A stretch of DNA of 64,000 nt from a virus (IMGVR_UViG_3300028422_001962:9413-73412); one strand, 5' to 3'. Counted from the stretch's first letter, positions 1-8,698 are shown. The notes: a model not told the origin generated them from the letters alone. A program made the numbers and translations.

Positions 1-1578
1 GACTGTTCTGTCCCTGACTGCTTTCAAGGCCGCTTTGTCTATGTCCCACCAGAGCCGGACGATATTCGGGTTTGATGCCCGCCACGCCGTAACGAGCGGC
101 TGCAACTCATCTTCTGAAAGCCCCATCTCCAAAGCGCCCATCGCCTTGAGCGCGCCAACCGAGCCGCCGTAGCCGAGAGCAAGTTCCGCGATTTTGCCTT
201 TTTGCCGGAGTGGACTGCCTTTGGTGACTTCATCAATAGGGACGTGAAACATCTGACTTGCCGACGCCTCATAAATCTTGCCGTGGGTGGCAAAAACCTC
301 GTTGCGCCAACGCTCCCCAGCAAGCCAAGCGATGACGCGGGCTTCAATAGCTGAAAAATCAGCAACCACTAATTTCGTGCCGGGCTTCGGGATGAACGAC
401 GTGCGGATTAACTCCGACAACACTTCCGGCACGGAATCGTATAACATTTCCAAAGCGGTAAAATCGCCGCTACGCACCAAAGACCGTGCCTGCTCAAGGT
501 CGGGCAGATGGTTCTGCGGGAGGTTTTGCATTTGTATAAGCCGCCCAGCCCATCTGCCGGTGCGGTTGGCTCCGTAAAACTGGAACATTCCACGGGCGCG
601 CCCATCGGCGCAGACGGCATTCTCCATTGCCTGATACTTCTTGACCGAGGATTTCGCTAACTGCTGCCTAAGTGACAATGCCTTGCCGAGCGGTTCCGGG
701 GCTGTTTTTAATAATTCCGCAACCATCTTCTTGCCGAGGGTGTCTGTTTCAAGCCCGTTGTCGGAGAGCCATTGCTTCATCTGAACCACAGAGTTCGGAT
801 TTTCGAGTTCAGTGATTTCCTTCATGAGCCGTGTGAGTTCTGCCTTGGAGCGGGAATCGGCGGCGATAGCGTTTCTGACGAGTGTCATATCAACCAAAAC
901 GCCACGGTCGTTTATTTCCTGGTCGAGGGCATACTCATCCCAAAGGTTATCCGGCACGGGGAAATTAGCGAGCCGCTCCTGTATGGACATTTCGGCTTCC
1001 ACGTCACGGCGGTTATATGCAATAAACGACGCCCATTTTTCGGGAGCGTGTTCGGGGAGATTCCGTGTCCGCTGGCTGTTGGTGGCTGTGGCGGTACACG
1101 GCTTGCAGAAGTAGCGGATGAGTTCCTTGCCTTCAGTCAGCTTCTGCTTCTCCAAACCCAAGACCGCTCCCGCGCCTTCAAGGGAAAGGGGTAAGCCCAT
1201 ATACGCCGACCAGACCATGCTGCACCGCCACGATTCGGGATTCAGATATTTCGCCTTGCCGAGATGCTGGGACGAGAAGTGGTTGTCGGCAAAGGGGTGA
1301 AGCCTTATGCCCATACCTGATAAGAAGCGTGATAAGCAGACCCGCTCGAAGTTGGCGTTGAAAGCCCATTTCTGCACGGTGTCATCGGACAGGGCATCGA
1401 GGATATTTGCCGGAATACTCTCCCCATCGGCGAGAGAAATAACCTGAACCTTACCGCCGTCCACGGAGTAACCAAACAGCAGAATCTCAAAGTCCAGCGA
1501 CTCGGCGTATTTATATACGCCGCATTTACTGAGGTCGGTGCTGCTGTAGGTTTCAATATCAATGCTAAGTGTCTTCAT
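1..1578 (-). CDS. Phage-type family A DNA polymerase (3' end runs off the window)
   Basis: Absent from the ORF track; translated by hand from ATG 1578 (RBS GGAGGG): MKTLSIDIETYS (exonuclease DxE), GANRTGRWAGR..QNLP, motif A DFSAIEARV, motif B RQKGKIAELALGYG; in frame down to base 1. Confidence 0.93.
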   Translation of the reverse strand, partial: MKTLSIDIETYSSTDLSKCGVYKYAESLDFEILLFGYSVDGGKVQVISLADGESIPANILDALSDDTVQKWAFNANFERVCLSRFLSGMGIRLHPFADNHFSSQHLGKAKYLNPESWRCSMVWSAYMGLPLSLEGAGAVLGLEKQKLTEGKELIRYFCKPCTATATNSQRTRNLPEHAPEKWASFIAYNRRDVEAEMSIQERLANFPVPDNLWDEYALDQEINDRGVLVDMTLVRNAIAADSRSKAELTRLMKEITELENPNSVVQMKQWLSDNGLETDTLGKKMVAELLKTAPEPLGKALSLRQQLAKSSVKKYQAMENAVCADGRARGMFQFYGANRTGRWAGRLIQMQNLPQNHLPDLEQARSLVRSGDFTALEMLYDSVPEVLSELIRTSFIPKPGTKLVVADFSAIEARVIAWLAGERWRNEVFATHGKIYEASASQMFHVPIDEVTKGSPLRQKGKIAELALGYGGSVGALKAMGALEMGLSEDELQPLVTAWRASNPNIVRLWWDIDKAALKAVRDRTV

Positions 1579-1643
1579 AAGCCCTCCATAATACGGAAGG
1601 ACGGCAAGTTTCCTCACCGCCCTCCGCAGTCTGTGTAATCAGG

Positions 1644-2240
1644 TTAGCTGAGGAAGTCTTCATCGTCGTCGGTGGCGAAGTCGTCCTCGGCTCTGGGCTT
1701 CCCGCCGAGCGGATCGCCGTCGCGCAGCTTTTGAATGTTGTTCAGCCCGCAAGCGATACCCTTATTGCCGTTTGAGTTAAAAGCGTAAAAATTTACGCTG
1801 GCGCGGGCATAAACACCGCTATAAATCTCGGAGCGAACTGTGATGGGCTGCGGCTCCTGCTGGTTATCCACGATGCCCGGTGCTGTGCCGGAGTTGGCGT
1901 TCACGAAGTAGCTGTTCGCGTAGGCTTCGTCGTCAGGGCGTTCTGTGTCCCCGTCGCGCAGCGGGGTCTTGAGGACTGCGAGCGCAGGCACAGTCTTGCC
2001 GTTGCCTTTCAGTTTGGTCTCGCCCTCGCGGTATGCCGCCTCAATAGCAGCCTTAATCTTGGCGATGGTACGGGTGTCACTTTTCGGGATAATGAGGCTG
2101 ACTGAGTATTTCGGCGTGCCGCCGTTGATGGACTTCGGTTCCCACAGATTGGCGTAGGAGAGTCTTACTTCGCCCGTGATAACCTTTGTGGGGTTAGGGG
2201 CGGGATTCAGGTCTTTGCGGTTCATTGTCTGATTAGCCAT
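1644..2240 (-). CDS. DUF2815 family phage ssDNA-binding protein
   Basis: VRLSYANLWEP..PKYS, YSGVYARAS, GNKGIACGLNNIQK, acidic tail; usual position between DUF2800 and PolA. Confidence 0.9.
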   Translation of the reverse strand: MANQTMNRKDLNPAPNPTKVITGEVRLSYANLWEPKSINGGTPKYSVSLIIPKSDTRTIAKIKAAIEAAYREGETKLKGNGKTVPALAVLKTPLRDGDTERPDDEAYANSYFVNANSGTAPGIVDNQQEPQPITVRSEIYSGVYARASVNFYAFNSNGNKGIACGLNNIQKLRDGDPLGGKPRAEDDFATDDDEDFLS

Positions 2241-3366
2241 TGTCTTTTACCTCCATAAAATCGTCTTTAGCAGTATTGATTGCCGGACGTTTGTCGCCCT
2301 CCGGCACGAGCGTTGGCTTGCCTTGCGGCTTCTCGACCAGTCCGCCGAGTAATTCGGAGAATCGGGCTTTGCCGAGTGCCTTTTCCATTGCGGTGATGCC
2401 CATCACCTTGTGTTCGTAAGGGTCGTAACCCGCTGACTGTACCGTCTTTGCGACGGCGTCCTCGTTGGCATACCTGCGGTTGCTCTTGCCCTCGACAACC
2501 TTCCAACCGAACCACCGCTTACCGCCAAGAGCGGCTTGCAGGGCATAGTCCTTGATGTCGGAAGCCCAAGAGATAAGGGCGTCGATTTTGCCGAGGATGG
2601 ATTCAATTTCATCGTCCTCCAACAGGGGCGGGCGGTTGAATTCCAGTTTTGCGAGTTCCATATTCCGTTCGGCGCGTTTTCTGCATTCGTACTTCGCCTT
2701 GCAGAACTGGCACCAGTCGCCGCAGTTGTACTCGCCGCCGCCTGAGTAGGCGATTTCGGCGGTGGGTTTTAAGACTTCCTCCGCCCACTGGTACAGACTT
2801 TCTTTGAAAACCGTGTGAGTGCTGACGTTGTCACGACGGGGCTGATAGATGGTCATTGAGACCACATCGATGTCATAGATGCCGTCGAATAACTCCAGCG
2901 CGCCCAAGGCATACAGCTTCATTTGTGGGTTGTCGACTGCGTCGACGAGTACCCCTTGCCCGTGCTTGTAGTCAACTATGTGGAGCGTGCCGTCCGCAAT
3001 AATCACGCAGTCGCCGGTACCGAAGCCGCCCTCCACATATTTGGAGAAGTCGAGCCGCTGCTCTATAAGAACCACGGGATCGGCGCAGGTCTGCTTTGCC
3101 GTCTCCACCAGTTCAAGGATATAGGCGGCATAACCTGTGGCACATTCGTCCATCTCCTCTGAGTAGCGGGTCAGGATTGAGGACGGGTCTTTCGCCTTAA
3201 TGCCGAGCGCTGTTTTCAGCTTATACTCGCCAAGGGTATGGGCTTCTGTGCCTTCAACGGCATAGTCGCTGCCTTTATCCTCGTACTGCTCGCAGAGCCT
3301 TGCCGATGGAGGGCAATTTAACCACCTATGGCTTGAGGAAGCTGAGAGGAGAGCGTGTTTACCCAT
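2233..3366 (-). CDS. DUF2800 family PD-(D/E)XK (Cas4-like) exonuclease
   Basis: Likely start MGKHALLSASSSHRWLNCPPS at 3366; GTGD..IVDYKHG nuclease core; C-terminal Cys cluster CGDWCQFC..C. Confidence 0.9.
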   Translation of the reverse strand: MGKHALLSASSSHRWLNCPPSARLCEQYEDKGSDYAVEGTEAHTLGEYKLKTALGIKAKDPSSILTRYSEEMDECATGYAAYILELVETAKQTCADPVVLIEQRLDFSKYVEGGFGTGDCVIIADGTLHIVDYKHGQGVLVDAVDNPQMKLYALGALELFDGIYDIDVVSMTIYQPRRDNVSTHTVFKESLYQWAEEVLKPTAEIAYSGGGEYNCGDWCQFCKAKYECRKRAERNMELAKLEFNRPPLLEDDEIESILGKIDALISWASDIKDYALQAALGGKRWFGWKVVEGKSNRRYANEDAVAKTVQSAGYDPYEHKVMGITAMEKALGKARFSELLGGLVEKPQGKPTLVPEGDKRPAINTAKDDFMEVKDNG

Positions 3367-3718
3367 CTTCGCCCTCCCCAAGCCCGATGGTGGCGGCTTC
3401 CCCAAGCAGGGTCTCAAACTCCGCAGGGTTAATCTCCGAAAGCTTTGTCGCACCGTGCTTTAGGAGCAGTTCCCGCACATCGGCGGTGTGGCCGCTTCGG
3501 GATTTTTCTGCGAGAACTGCCCGCACCTGCTCCAGCGTGACAGGCTTTGTCTTTGCCTTGGCCTCGGATTTTGCAGATGGCGTCGACACTTTTGCCTCAG
3601 TGTCCGCATTACCGTTTCCGCTGAATAATGCCGTCAAGCTGTCAGCCACCGCAGTCAGCGACTGTGCGGCATTTCGCAACTCACCGATGCAGAGGTCGAG
3701 TTCACTCATCTTGCTCAT
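3359..3718 (-). CDS. Conserved small phage/ICE protein of the DUF2800 module
   Basis: C-terminal TLEQVRAVLAEKSRSG..HGATKLSEI; overlaps both neighbours. Confidence 0.75.
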   Translation of the reverse strand: MSKMSELDLCIGELRNAAQSLTAVADSLTALFSGNGNADTEAKVSTPSAKSEAKAKTKPVTLEQVRAVLAEKSRSGHTADVRELLLKHGATKLSEINPAEFETLLGEAATIGLGEGEDG

Positions 3719-3884
3719 CTTGGTTTCCTCCTTCCCCGGTTGTCTCGTCCCGCTTTTGAAGCGCGAGCAGCTTCTTGGCGAGGCGCTTGGACACGATGCT
3801 TATCGCCGTCAGGATACCTGCGAGTTCTTCGTTAAGGTCGTCGTCGCGCAAGTCTGTGTCCGTGTTTTTTGCCTTTGTTTCCAT
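3702..3884 (-). CDS. Hypothetical protein, first gene after the sigma-like gene
   Basis: GGAGG RBS; overlaps the next ORF. Confidence 0.65.
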   Translation of the reverse strand: METKAKNTDTDLRDDDLNEELAGILTAISIVSKRLAKKLLALQKRDETTGEGGNQDEQDE

Positions 3885-3916
3885 TGGTCTACCTCCGTTT
3901 CTGAGGGAGGTTTGCT

Positions 3917-3957
3917 CCCCTCACCATCCACAGGACAGCAAGGGGAGGTTTGGCAAC
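3917..3957 (-). promoter_or_regulatory. Putative promoter for the element-encoded sigma-like factor
   Basis: GGTTGCCAAA-N24-GTGAGGGG just after the sigma gene; a similar CAAA-N22/24-GTGR follows the other two sigma-like genes. Confidence 0.45.
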
Positions 3958-3975
3958 CGGGGATTGGGCGTTTTT

Positions 3976-4437
3976 TTATTTCACACCCATAATGCTGCGC
4001 AGTTTTTCAATGACCTTCTGTTTGCGTTTGCCTACCGCTTGATGCGAGATGCCGACTTCGGAGGCGTAGTCCCGTTCGGTGCGGTCGTTATAAAAGAGCG
4101 CACTGATGAGCGATCTTTCGTCCGGGTCTAAATCATCAAGGGCATCCACAAGCTGTTCGAGAAGCAGCTTGTCCGCCACCAGTTCTGCCAAATCCACTGA
4201 ATCGGCGACTTCGTAGCCTTCATCATTGAACTTGTCGAGGGAGAGGATGCTGCCCTCACGGGACTTTTCGCAGGTGCGGCAGTCCTTGGTGCAGCGGAAG
4301 CCGTTCTCATCACGGCATCTTTTAGCGCGTTCCTTGCGCTTGTGTTCCGCCCAGAGTGGGCGTTTGTAGGCTCTGTAAACTTCTTCCGTGACGGGGATTT
4401 GCTCGCTGTCAATTTCGATAAAGCATTGATTTTCCAT
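3976..4437 (-). CDS. Sigma-70 region 4 (ECF-like) regulator
   Basis: LDPDERSLISALFYNDRTERDYASEVGISHQAVGKRKQKVIEKLR HTH; N-terminal Cys cluster. Confidence 0.85.
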   Translation of the reverse strand: MENQCFIEIDSEQIPVTEEVYRAYKRPLWAEHKRKERAKRCRDENGFRCTKDCRTCEKSREGSILSLDKFNDEGYEVADSVDLAELVADKLLLEQLVDALDDLDPDERSLISALFYNDRTERDYASEVGISHQAVGKRKQKVIEKLRSIMGVK

Positions 4438-4567
4438 GTTCGACTCCTTAGAAATTTAGATTTTTGTTGCTCTCATGAGCAGTGAGAGCGGGTTAGTACG
4501 ACCACCAAAAAGGCGGCCGGGCGAGAGTGTACATTGGCACGGCGTGCCTCCTTGGGGTGGGGGAAAC

Positions 4568-4617
4568 AAAAAAACGACCGCGAGAACAGCCCCTTTGGGA
4601 CTGTCCGCACGGTCGTC
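4568..4617 (-). terminator. Intrinsic terminator/attenuator upstream of the sigma-like gene
   Basis: Minus strand GACGACCGTGCGGACAG...CTGTTCTCGCGGTCGTTTTTTTT. Confidence 0.7.
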
Positions 4618-4647
4618 TAAGCAATCTGGCGGTGAACTTTTTGATTT

Positions 4648-4845
4648 TTAGCTCAGCAGGCTATCCTGTGATGGAATCACGATGGCTTCAGGCGGGCTAT
4701 CTCCCGCTTTATACCTCAATGTACATCCTTCTTTTGGGAGAGGGGTCTGCCGGATGTTTTTGCCGTCAATTGTAGTAATTGTGTAGGTACAGACATCCAA
4801 TGTGCCGTACAGTTTGCCTTTCGGCGTTCGGATTTCTTTCGTCAT
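4648..4845 (-). CDS. Small hypothetical protein (MTKEIRTPKGKLYG...)
   Basis: AAAGGAAG RBS before ATG 4845. Confidence 0.6.
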   Translation of the reverse strand: MTKEIRTPKGKLYGTLDVCTYTITTIDGKNIRQTPLPKEGCTLRYKAGDSPPEAIVIPSQDSLLS

Positions 4846-4863
4846 AAACAACTTCCTTTCTAT

Positions 4864-4907
4864 AAAAACAGCCGGATGCATCACGATTAACTCGTAACAC
4901 ATCCGGC
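4864..4907 (-). terminator. Terminator-like hairpin after the Zn-ribbon gene
   Basis: GCCGGATGTGTTACGA...TCGTGATGCATCCGGC followed by TGTTTTT. Confidence 0.65.
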
Positions 4908-4948
4908 CATTTGGTCACTCACATTCGGTGCCGTTGCTCGGTATGGTT

Positions 4949-5104
4949 TTAAACTGCGTTCTTTTTGGGTGAAGAGTTCGAATTTCGCTCTATAGATACG
5001 ATGTTGCGGCAGTGAATACATTTGATTTTTATAGTCGTGCGCCCCTGCCATTCGAGGTCAAAAATTCGTTTTTTGCAGTTAGGACATTTGACCGTCTCTT
5101 GCAT
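4949..5104 (-). CDS. Small Com-like zinc-ribbon protein (51 aa)
   Basis: Below the ORF-track cut-off: MQETVKCPNCKKRIFDLEWQGRTTIKIKCIHCRNIVSIERNSNSSPKKNAV; two CxxC; RBS AAAGGAGG. Confidence 0.8.
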   Translation of the reverse strand: MQETVKCPNCKKRIFDLEWQGRTTIKIKCIHCRNIVSIERNSNSSPKKNAV

Positions 5105-5183
5105 ATTTACCTCCTTTCACGCAAAATAGCAAATTAGCTAATATGCGAAGTTATTAGCTAAAAAAATACAGTCTCCTTTGTTG

Positions 5184-5894
5184 TTATTCGCGCAAATAAT
5201 AGCCTCGCTCGCCGAGACGAATTTCTACGGACTGCTTAGAGACCTGAAAGAAGTTCGCTAAGCTGTTAACGACTGCACGATGCAGATACCACCCCCCGCA
5301 AGTGCCAGCTTTATGCGAATGCTCCTCAATATATCGAGTTGTCATTTCATCAAACTGTTCAGGCGGCATAAGGATGCGCGGAGCGATGCCTCTTGCCTGC
5401 CACTCCATCCAGTCCTCGTCAGACCAGTTCGCCTTGTTGGATTCATTATATGCCGCAAAATCACTTCGAATTTTTACCGTCGTTTTAGGGTCGACTACAG
5501 AAATTGCAATATGATAGTCGCGATGTTTATGCCAATGAAAAGCTTCGTGAGCGATTGTGTTGTTCTTACACCCCTCGTTGCGATTGGCGATGGTATCAGG
5601 GTCGATAATCATCGTTCCATACCGTGCTTTTACCATTTTGTACGAACCATCGTCTTTGTCATAAATCTCGGTCAGACCGCTTGTAAAACACATTTGACCG
5701 AGAACACTAAAATCCTCGGTTAGCCGTTTCTCGACAACGCGCAATCCCATGCGATGGCGGGCAACATACAGGATTGGCACCGCCATTGGGCGTATCAAAG
5801 CTTCCGGATAATACTTTTTCAGAAACTCCAAAGCTTCTTTATCAAATTCATCCCGACAGATGTGCGGAGCATTTGACGCAAGTAGCACAGACAT
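5184..5894 (-). CDS. ImmA/IrrE family metallopeptidase (anti-repressor)
   Basis: TIAHEAFHW (HExxH), EWQA..ILMP, C-terminal HTH; likely start MSVLL at 5894 with GGGAGG. Confidence 0.88.
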   Translation of the reverse strand: MSVLLASNAPHICRDEFDKEALEFLKKYYPEALIRPMAVPILYVARHRMGLRVVEKRLTEDFSVLGQMCFTSGLTEIYDKDDGSYKMVKARYGTMIIDPDTIANRNEGCKNNTIAHEAFHWHKHRDYHIAISVVDPKTTVKIRSDFAAYNESNKANWSDEDWMEWQARGIAPRILMPPEQFDEMTTRYIEEHSHKAGTCGGWYLHRAVVNSLANFFQVSKQSVEIRLGERGYYLRE

Positions 5895-5910
5895 ATAATC
5901 CCTCCCAAAC

Positions 5911-6303
5911 CTATGGTTGTTTATCTTCCTTACTGATGTCGTCAAGTACCTTTTTCCAAAAGTCGTCGCCAAGATTTTTCTCATTTGCACGGCGCAGAGC
6001 CTTTCGGACGTGGGGTAATTGTGTGGACATCAAATATTCGGGCAAATCAGGAGCCGCGGTATCCCTTTCTCGCCCCGCAAGGTCGAGCATCTCTTCTTTT
6101 TCATCGGGCGTAAGTTGTAAAACAACTGCAATTTTTTCGAGAATCTGCATTTCTGGCGGGTTTCGCCTGCCTTTGACGATATCCGATAGGTACGACGCCG
6201 TCATGCCCATTGCATCGGCAATGTCCTTTAGTTTGATATCTTCGCCACCGATGCCACGACCTTTTCTCTTGTTGTCGATATATGCGCCAAATTCTCCTGC
6301 CAT
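5911..6303 (-). CDS. XRE family HTH repressor
   Basis: LKDIADAMGMTASYLSDIVKGRRNPP; directly upstream of the ImmA gene. Confidence 0.9.
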   Translation of the reverse strand: MAGEFGAYIDNKRKGRGIGGEDIKLKDIADAMGMTASYLSDIVKGRRNPPEMQILEKIAVVLQLTPDEKEEMLDLAGRERDTAAPDLPEYLMSTQLPHVRKALRRANEKNLGDDFWKKVLDDISKEDKQP

Positions 6304-6342
6304 AGCCTTTCTCCTTTCCGCTTACGGCATCGTTGCCGTACA

Positions 6343-6399
6343 GCATATCAGCAAATTCGCTGATATGCGTATTATATCATGTGCTGAAAAAGATGTCAA
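6343..6399 (-). promoter_or_regulatory. Consensus sigma-A promoter and palindromic operator of the XRE-ImmA operon
   Basis: TTGACA-N17-TATAAT (6399-6371, minus); palindrome GCATATCAGC-N6-GCTGATATGC at 6343-6368; related site at ~5124-5147. Confidence 0.8.
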
Positions 6400-6755
6400 G
6401 TCATATTTTGATTGTACTCAATTGTAAAGTAAAAATCTATACCCACTAAAAATACAACAGTAAAAACACCTTTAAAAACAAACTTTCAGATATATCGCAT
6501 TTCACTTTACAAAAATATATTTATTCATGGGAAGAAAGACAATTTGGCTTTCTTCCCATATTAACAACAAAGCAGAAAACAGATGGCATGTCAAGGGCGA
6601 CGAAGTCGTATATTTACCCTTGATATGTCATTTGTTTTCTGCTACAAGACTTTCGAAAATTTGGTATAATAGTTTTTGAAGCAGTAAGCACTGCTTCACC
6701 ACAAGCGGTGCTTACTTTTGTGCTACAAGGTATTCCGTAAGAAAGGAATAATACC

Positions 6756-8045
6756 ATGTCTAATTATACCACATTTGATGAAAGAATGGAAATTGAAAAT
6801 ATGTTAGCCAAGAATTTTTCGTTTGGAGAAATGGCACGCTGGCTTAACAAAGACCGTTCTACAATTTCCAGAGAGGTCAAAAATCACTCTCTTACAGAGA
6901 AAACAGGTTATTCATCAATATCATTTAATTGTTGTAAAAATCGTTTAGATTGCGTAAAAATGCACGTCTGTAATATATGCAGCAGACAATCTGCTAAGAA
7001 TTGCCGTACTTGTAGCAAGTGCAATGATAACTGCTCAGATTTTGAGGAAGAAGTTTGTATTACAAGATTAAAACCGCCCTATGTTTGTAATGGTTGCGAT
7101 GAAAAAAGCCGCTGTACTCTTGTTAAAACTATGTATCGAGCCACTGATGCTCACAAATTGGCAAAGAGTAAAATATCACAGTCCAGGCGTGGAATATTGA
7201 CCACAGAACAAGAACTTAACCGACTAAATGAGCTTGTAACACCATTAATCTTGCAAGGTAACTCGCTGCATCAAATCTATGTAAACAATATCGATAGCTT
7301 AATGTGTAGTGAGAAAACCTTGTACAATTACATAGATAACTGTTTCTTTGACGCTCGCAATATTGATTTACCTCGTAAAGTGCGTTATCGTCCACGCAAA
7401 AAGAAACAAGAATTTAAGGTGGATAGAGGCTGTTATGTTAATCGCACATACGAATTGTATCAAAAGTATTTAGAAAATCACCCAAGCCAAAATCCAGTGC
7501 AAATGGATACTGTAATAGGCTCTATTGGTGGCAAAACCTTGCTAACTATACATTTCCCTAACACCAACTTTATGCTTGCGTTCTTGCGTAATAACAATAC
7601 TTCACAGTCGGTAATCGATGTTTTTGATTATTTGTACTCTAAACTTGGCAGAAAGCTGTTTGAAAAGGCATTTCCTGTTATTTTAACCGATAGAGGCTCT
7701 GAATTTTCAAATCCATCAGCAATAGAAAGAGATACCAGTGGTATTCACAGAACGAATGTATATTTCTGCGACCCTAATGCACCGTTTCAAAAAGGTGCAA
7801 TTGAGGTTAATCACGAGCTAATTCGTAGAATACTGCCAAAAGGCACTTCTTTTGACAACTTAACGCAATCACAGATTGATTTAATGATGTGCCATATCAA
7901 TTCTTACAGAAGAAAAAAGCTTGGTAACAAATCTCCATTTGAAGCTTTTGAGTTCTACTACGGCACTGAACTTTTCGATAAATTAGGCTACAACCCTATA
8001 CCTGCCAACAGCGTTATGTTGACGCCAAAACTATTTAAAAGATAA
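6756..8045 (+). CDS. IS30 family DDE transposase with Cys-rich insertion
   Basis: N-terminal HTH (STISREV), QMDTVIG, LTDRGSEF, QKGAIEVNHELIRRILPKG, INSYRRKKLG. Confidence 0.93.
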   Translation: MSNYTTFDERMEIENMLAKNFSFGEMARWLNKDRSTISREVKNHSLTEKTGYSSISFNCCKNRLDCVKMHVCNICSRQSAKNCRTCSKCNDNCSDFEEEVCITRLKPPYVCNGCDEKSRCTLVKTMYRATDAHKLAKSKISQSRRGILTTEQELNRLNELVTPLILQGNSLHQIYVNNIDSLMCSEKTLYNYIDNCFFDARNIDLPRKVRYRPRKKKQEFKVDRGCYVNRTYELYQKYLENHPSQNPVQMDTVIGSIGGKTLLTIHFPNTNFMLAFLRNNNTSQSVIDVFDYLYSKLGRKLFEKAFPVILTDRGSEFSNPSAIERDTSGIHRTNVYFCDPNAPFQKGAIEVNHELIRRILPKGTSFDNLTQSQIDLMMCHINSYRRKKLGNKSPFEAFEFYYGTELFDKLGYNPIPANSVMLTPKLFKR

Positions 8046-8187
8046 CTAAAAACAACGACGTGGGATACCTAATATTGTGGTGATTTAGGGGTAGATGTTT
8101 GGATTACAAAAAACTTTGCAATTTAGTCTATCTCTGTTTCAGTGCGTTGTTTTTTAATTTCCATAGGACAAAAAAGAAGTGCAAGTG

Positions 8188-8331
8188 TTGCGTTTTACTT
8201 GCTAATCGTGCGTTTCGTTTACAAAACTTGCATTTCACTTACAAATCGTGCATTTGAGATTACAAACTTGCATCTCATTTACAAATGTTGCGTTTCACTT
8301 TTCAAATGCGACATTTCGTTTTACAATTCAG
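8188..8331. repeat. Six degenerate 20-bp tandem units running into the right IR of the IS30
   Basis: Units start at 8188, 8208, 8228, 8248, 8268, 8288; consensus about KTGCRTTTCRYTTACAAA; one more copy at 6495-6514. Confidence 0.85.
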
Positions 8332-8414
8332 CATATTTTGATTGTACAACGTAGTAATTCAAAATATAATTCAATAGATAGCAACTAAAATTCATGACTT
8401 CTCAGCATTTACTC

Positions 8415-8443
8415 TTGCAATAATTTGTCGAAAGGGTTATAAT
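8415..8443 (+). promoter_or_regulatory. Sigma-A promoter of the defence operon
   Basis: TTGCAA-N17-TATAAT. Confidence 0.7.
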
Positions 8444-8491
8444 AAACAATAGACTTTTACACACTATGAAACCTGAAGGCGAGGTAATCAA

Positions 8492-8698
8492 ATGGCTATA
8501 AGTTATAAAAGGCTATGGAAACTCCTAATTGATCGTGACCTAAAAAAGAAAGACCTGCCATCTTTGGCAGGTATCAGTTCTGCATCGGTCACAAAATTAG
8601 GAAAAAATGAAAATGTAAATACAGAAATTCTTGAAAAAATATGCCGAGCGTTAGATTGTGACATCTCCGATATTATGGAGATGACTGAAGACCAATAA
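8492..8698 (+). CDS. Cro/C1-type HTH regulator
   Basis: ISYKRLWKLLID..LEKICRALDCDISDIME; similar to 25365-25577. Confidence 0.9.
   Translation: MAISYKRLWKLLIDRDLKKKDLPSLAGISSASVTKLGKNENVNTEILEKICRALDCDISDIMEMTEDQ

Larger units (their letters stand above)
6417..8331 (+). mobile_element. IS30-family insertion sequence with 15-bp target duplication
   Basis: Imperfect terminal IRs CTCAATTGTAAA / TTTACAATTCAG; flanking direct repeat CATATTTTGATTGTA at 6402-6416 and 8332-8346. Confidence 0.88.

Noticed and set aside
39-1562. Short ORFs listed in the track over the first 1.6 kb
   Set aside because: Alternative-frame or antisense shadows of the polymerase gene, which the track missed because it leaves the window.
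2233-3366. Cas4-like nuclease suggesting CRISPR-Cas
   Set aside because: It is the DUF2800 gene of a phage-type replication module; no other cas genes or array.
8188-8331. IS30 repeats as a CRISPR array
   Set aside because: Contiguous degenerate 20-mers without unique spacers, matching the IS terminal IR.
8142-8354. 70-aa ORF across the IS right end
   Set aside because: It runs through the repeat array, IR and target duplication, so it is most likely spurious.
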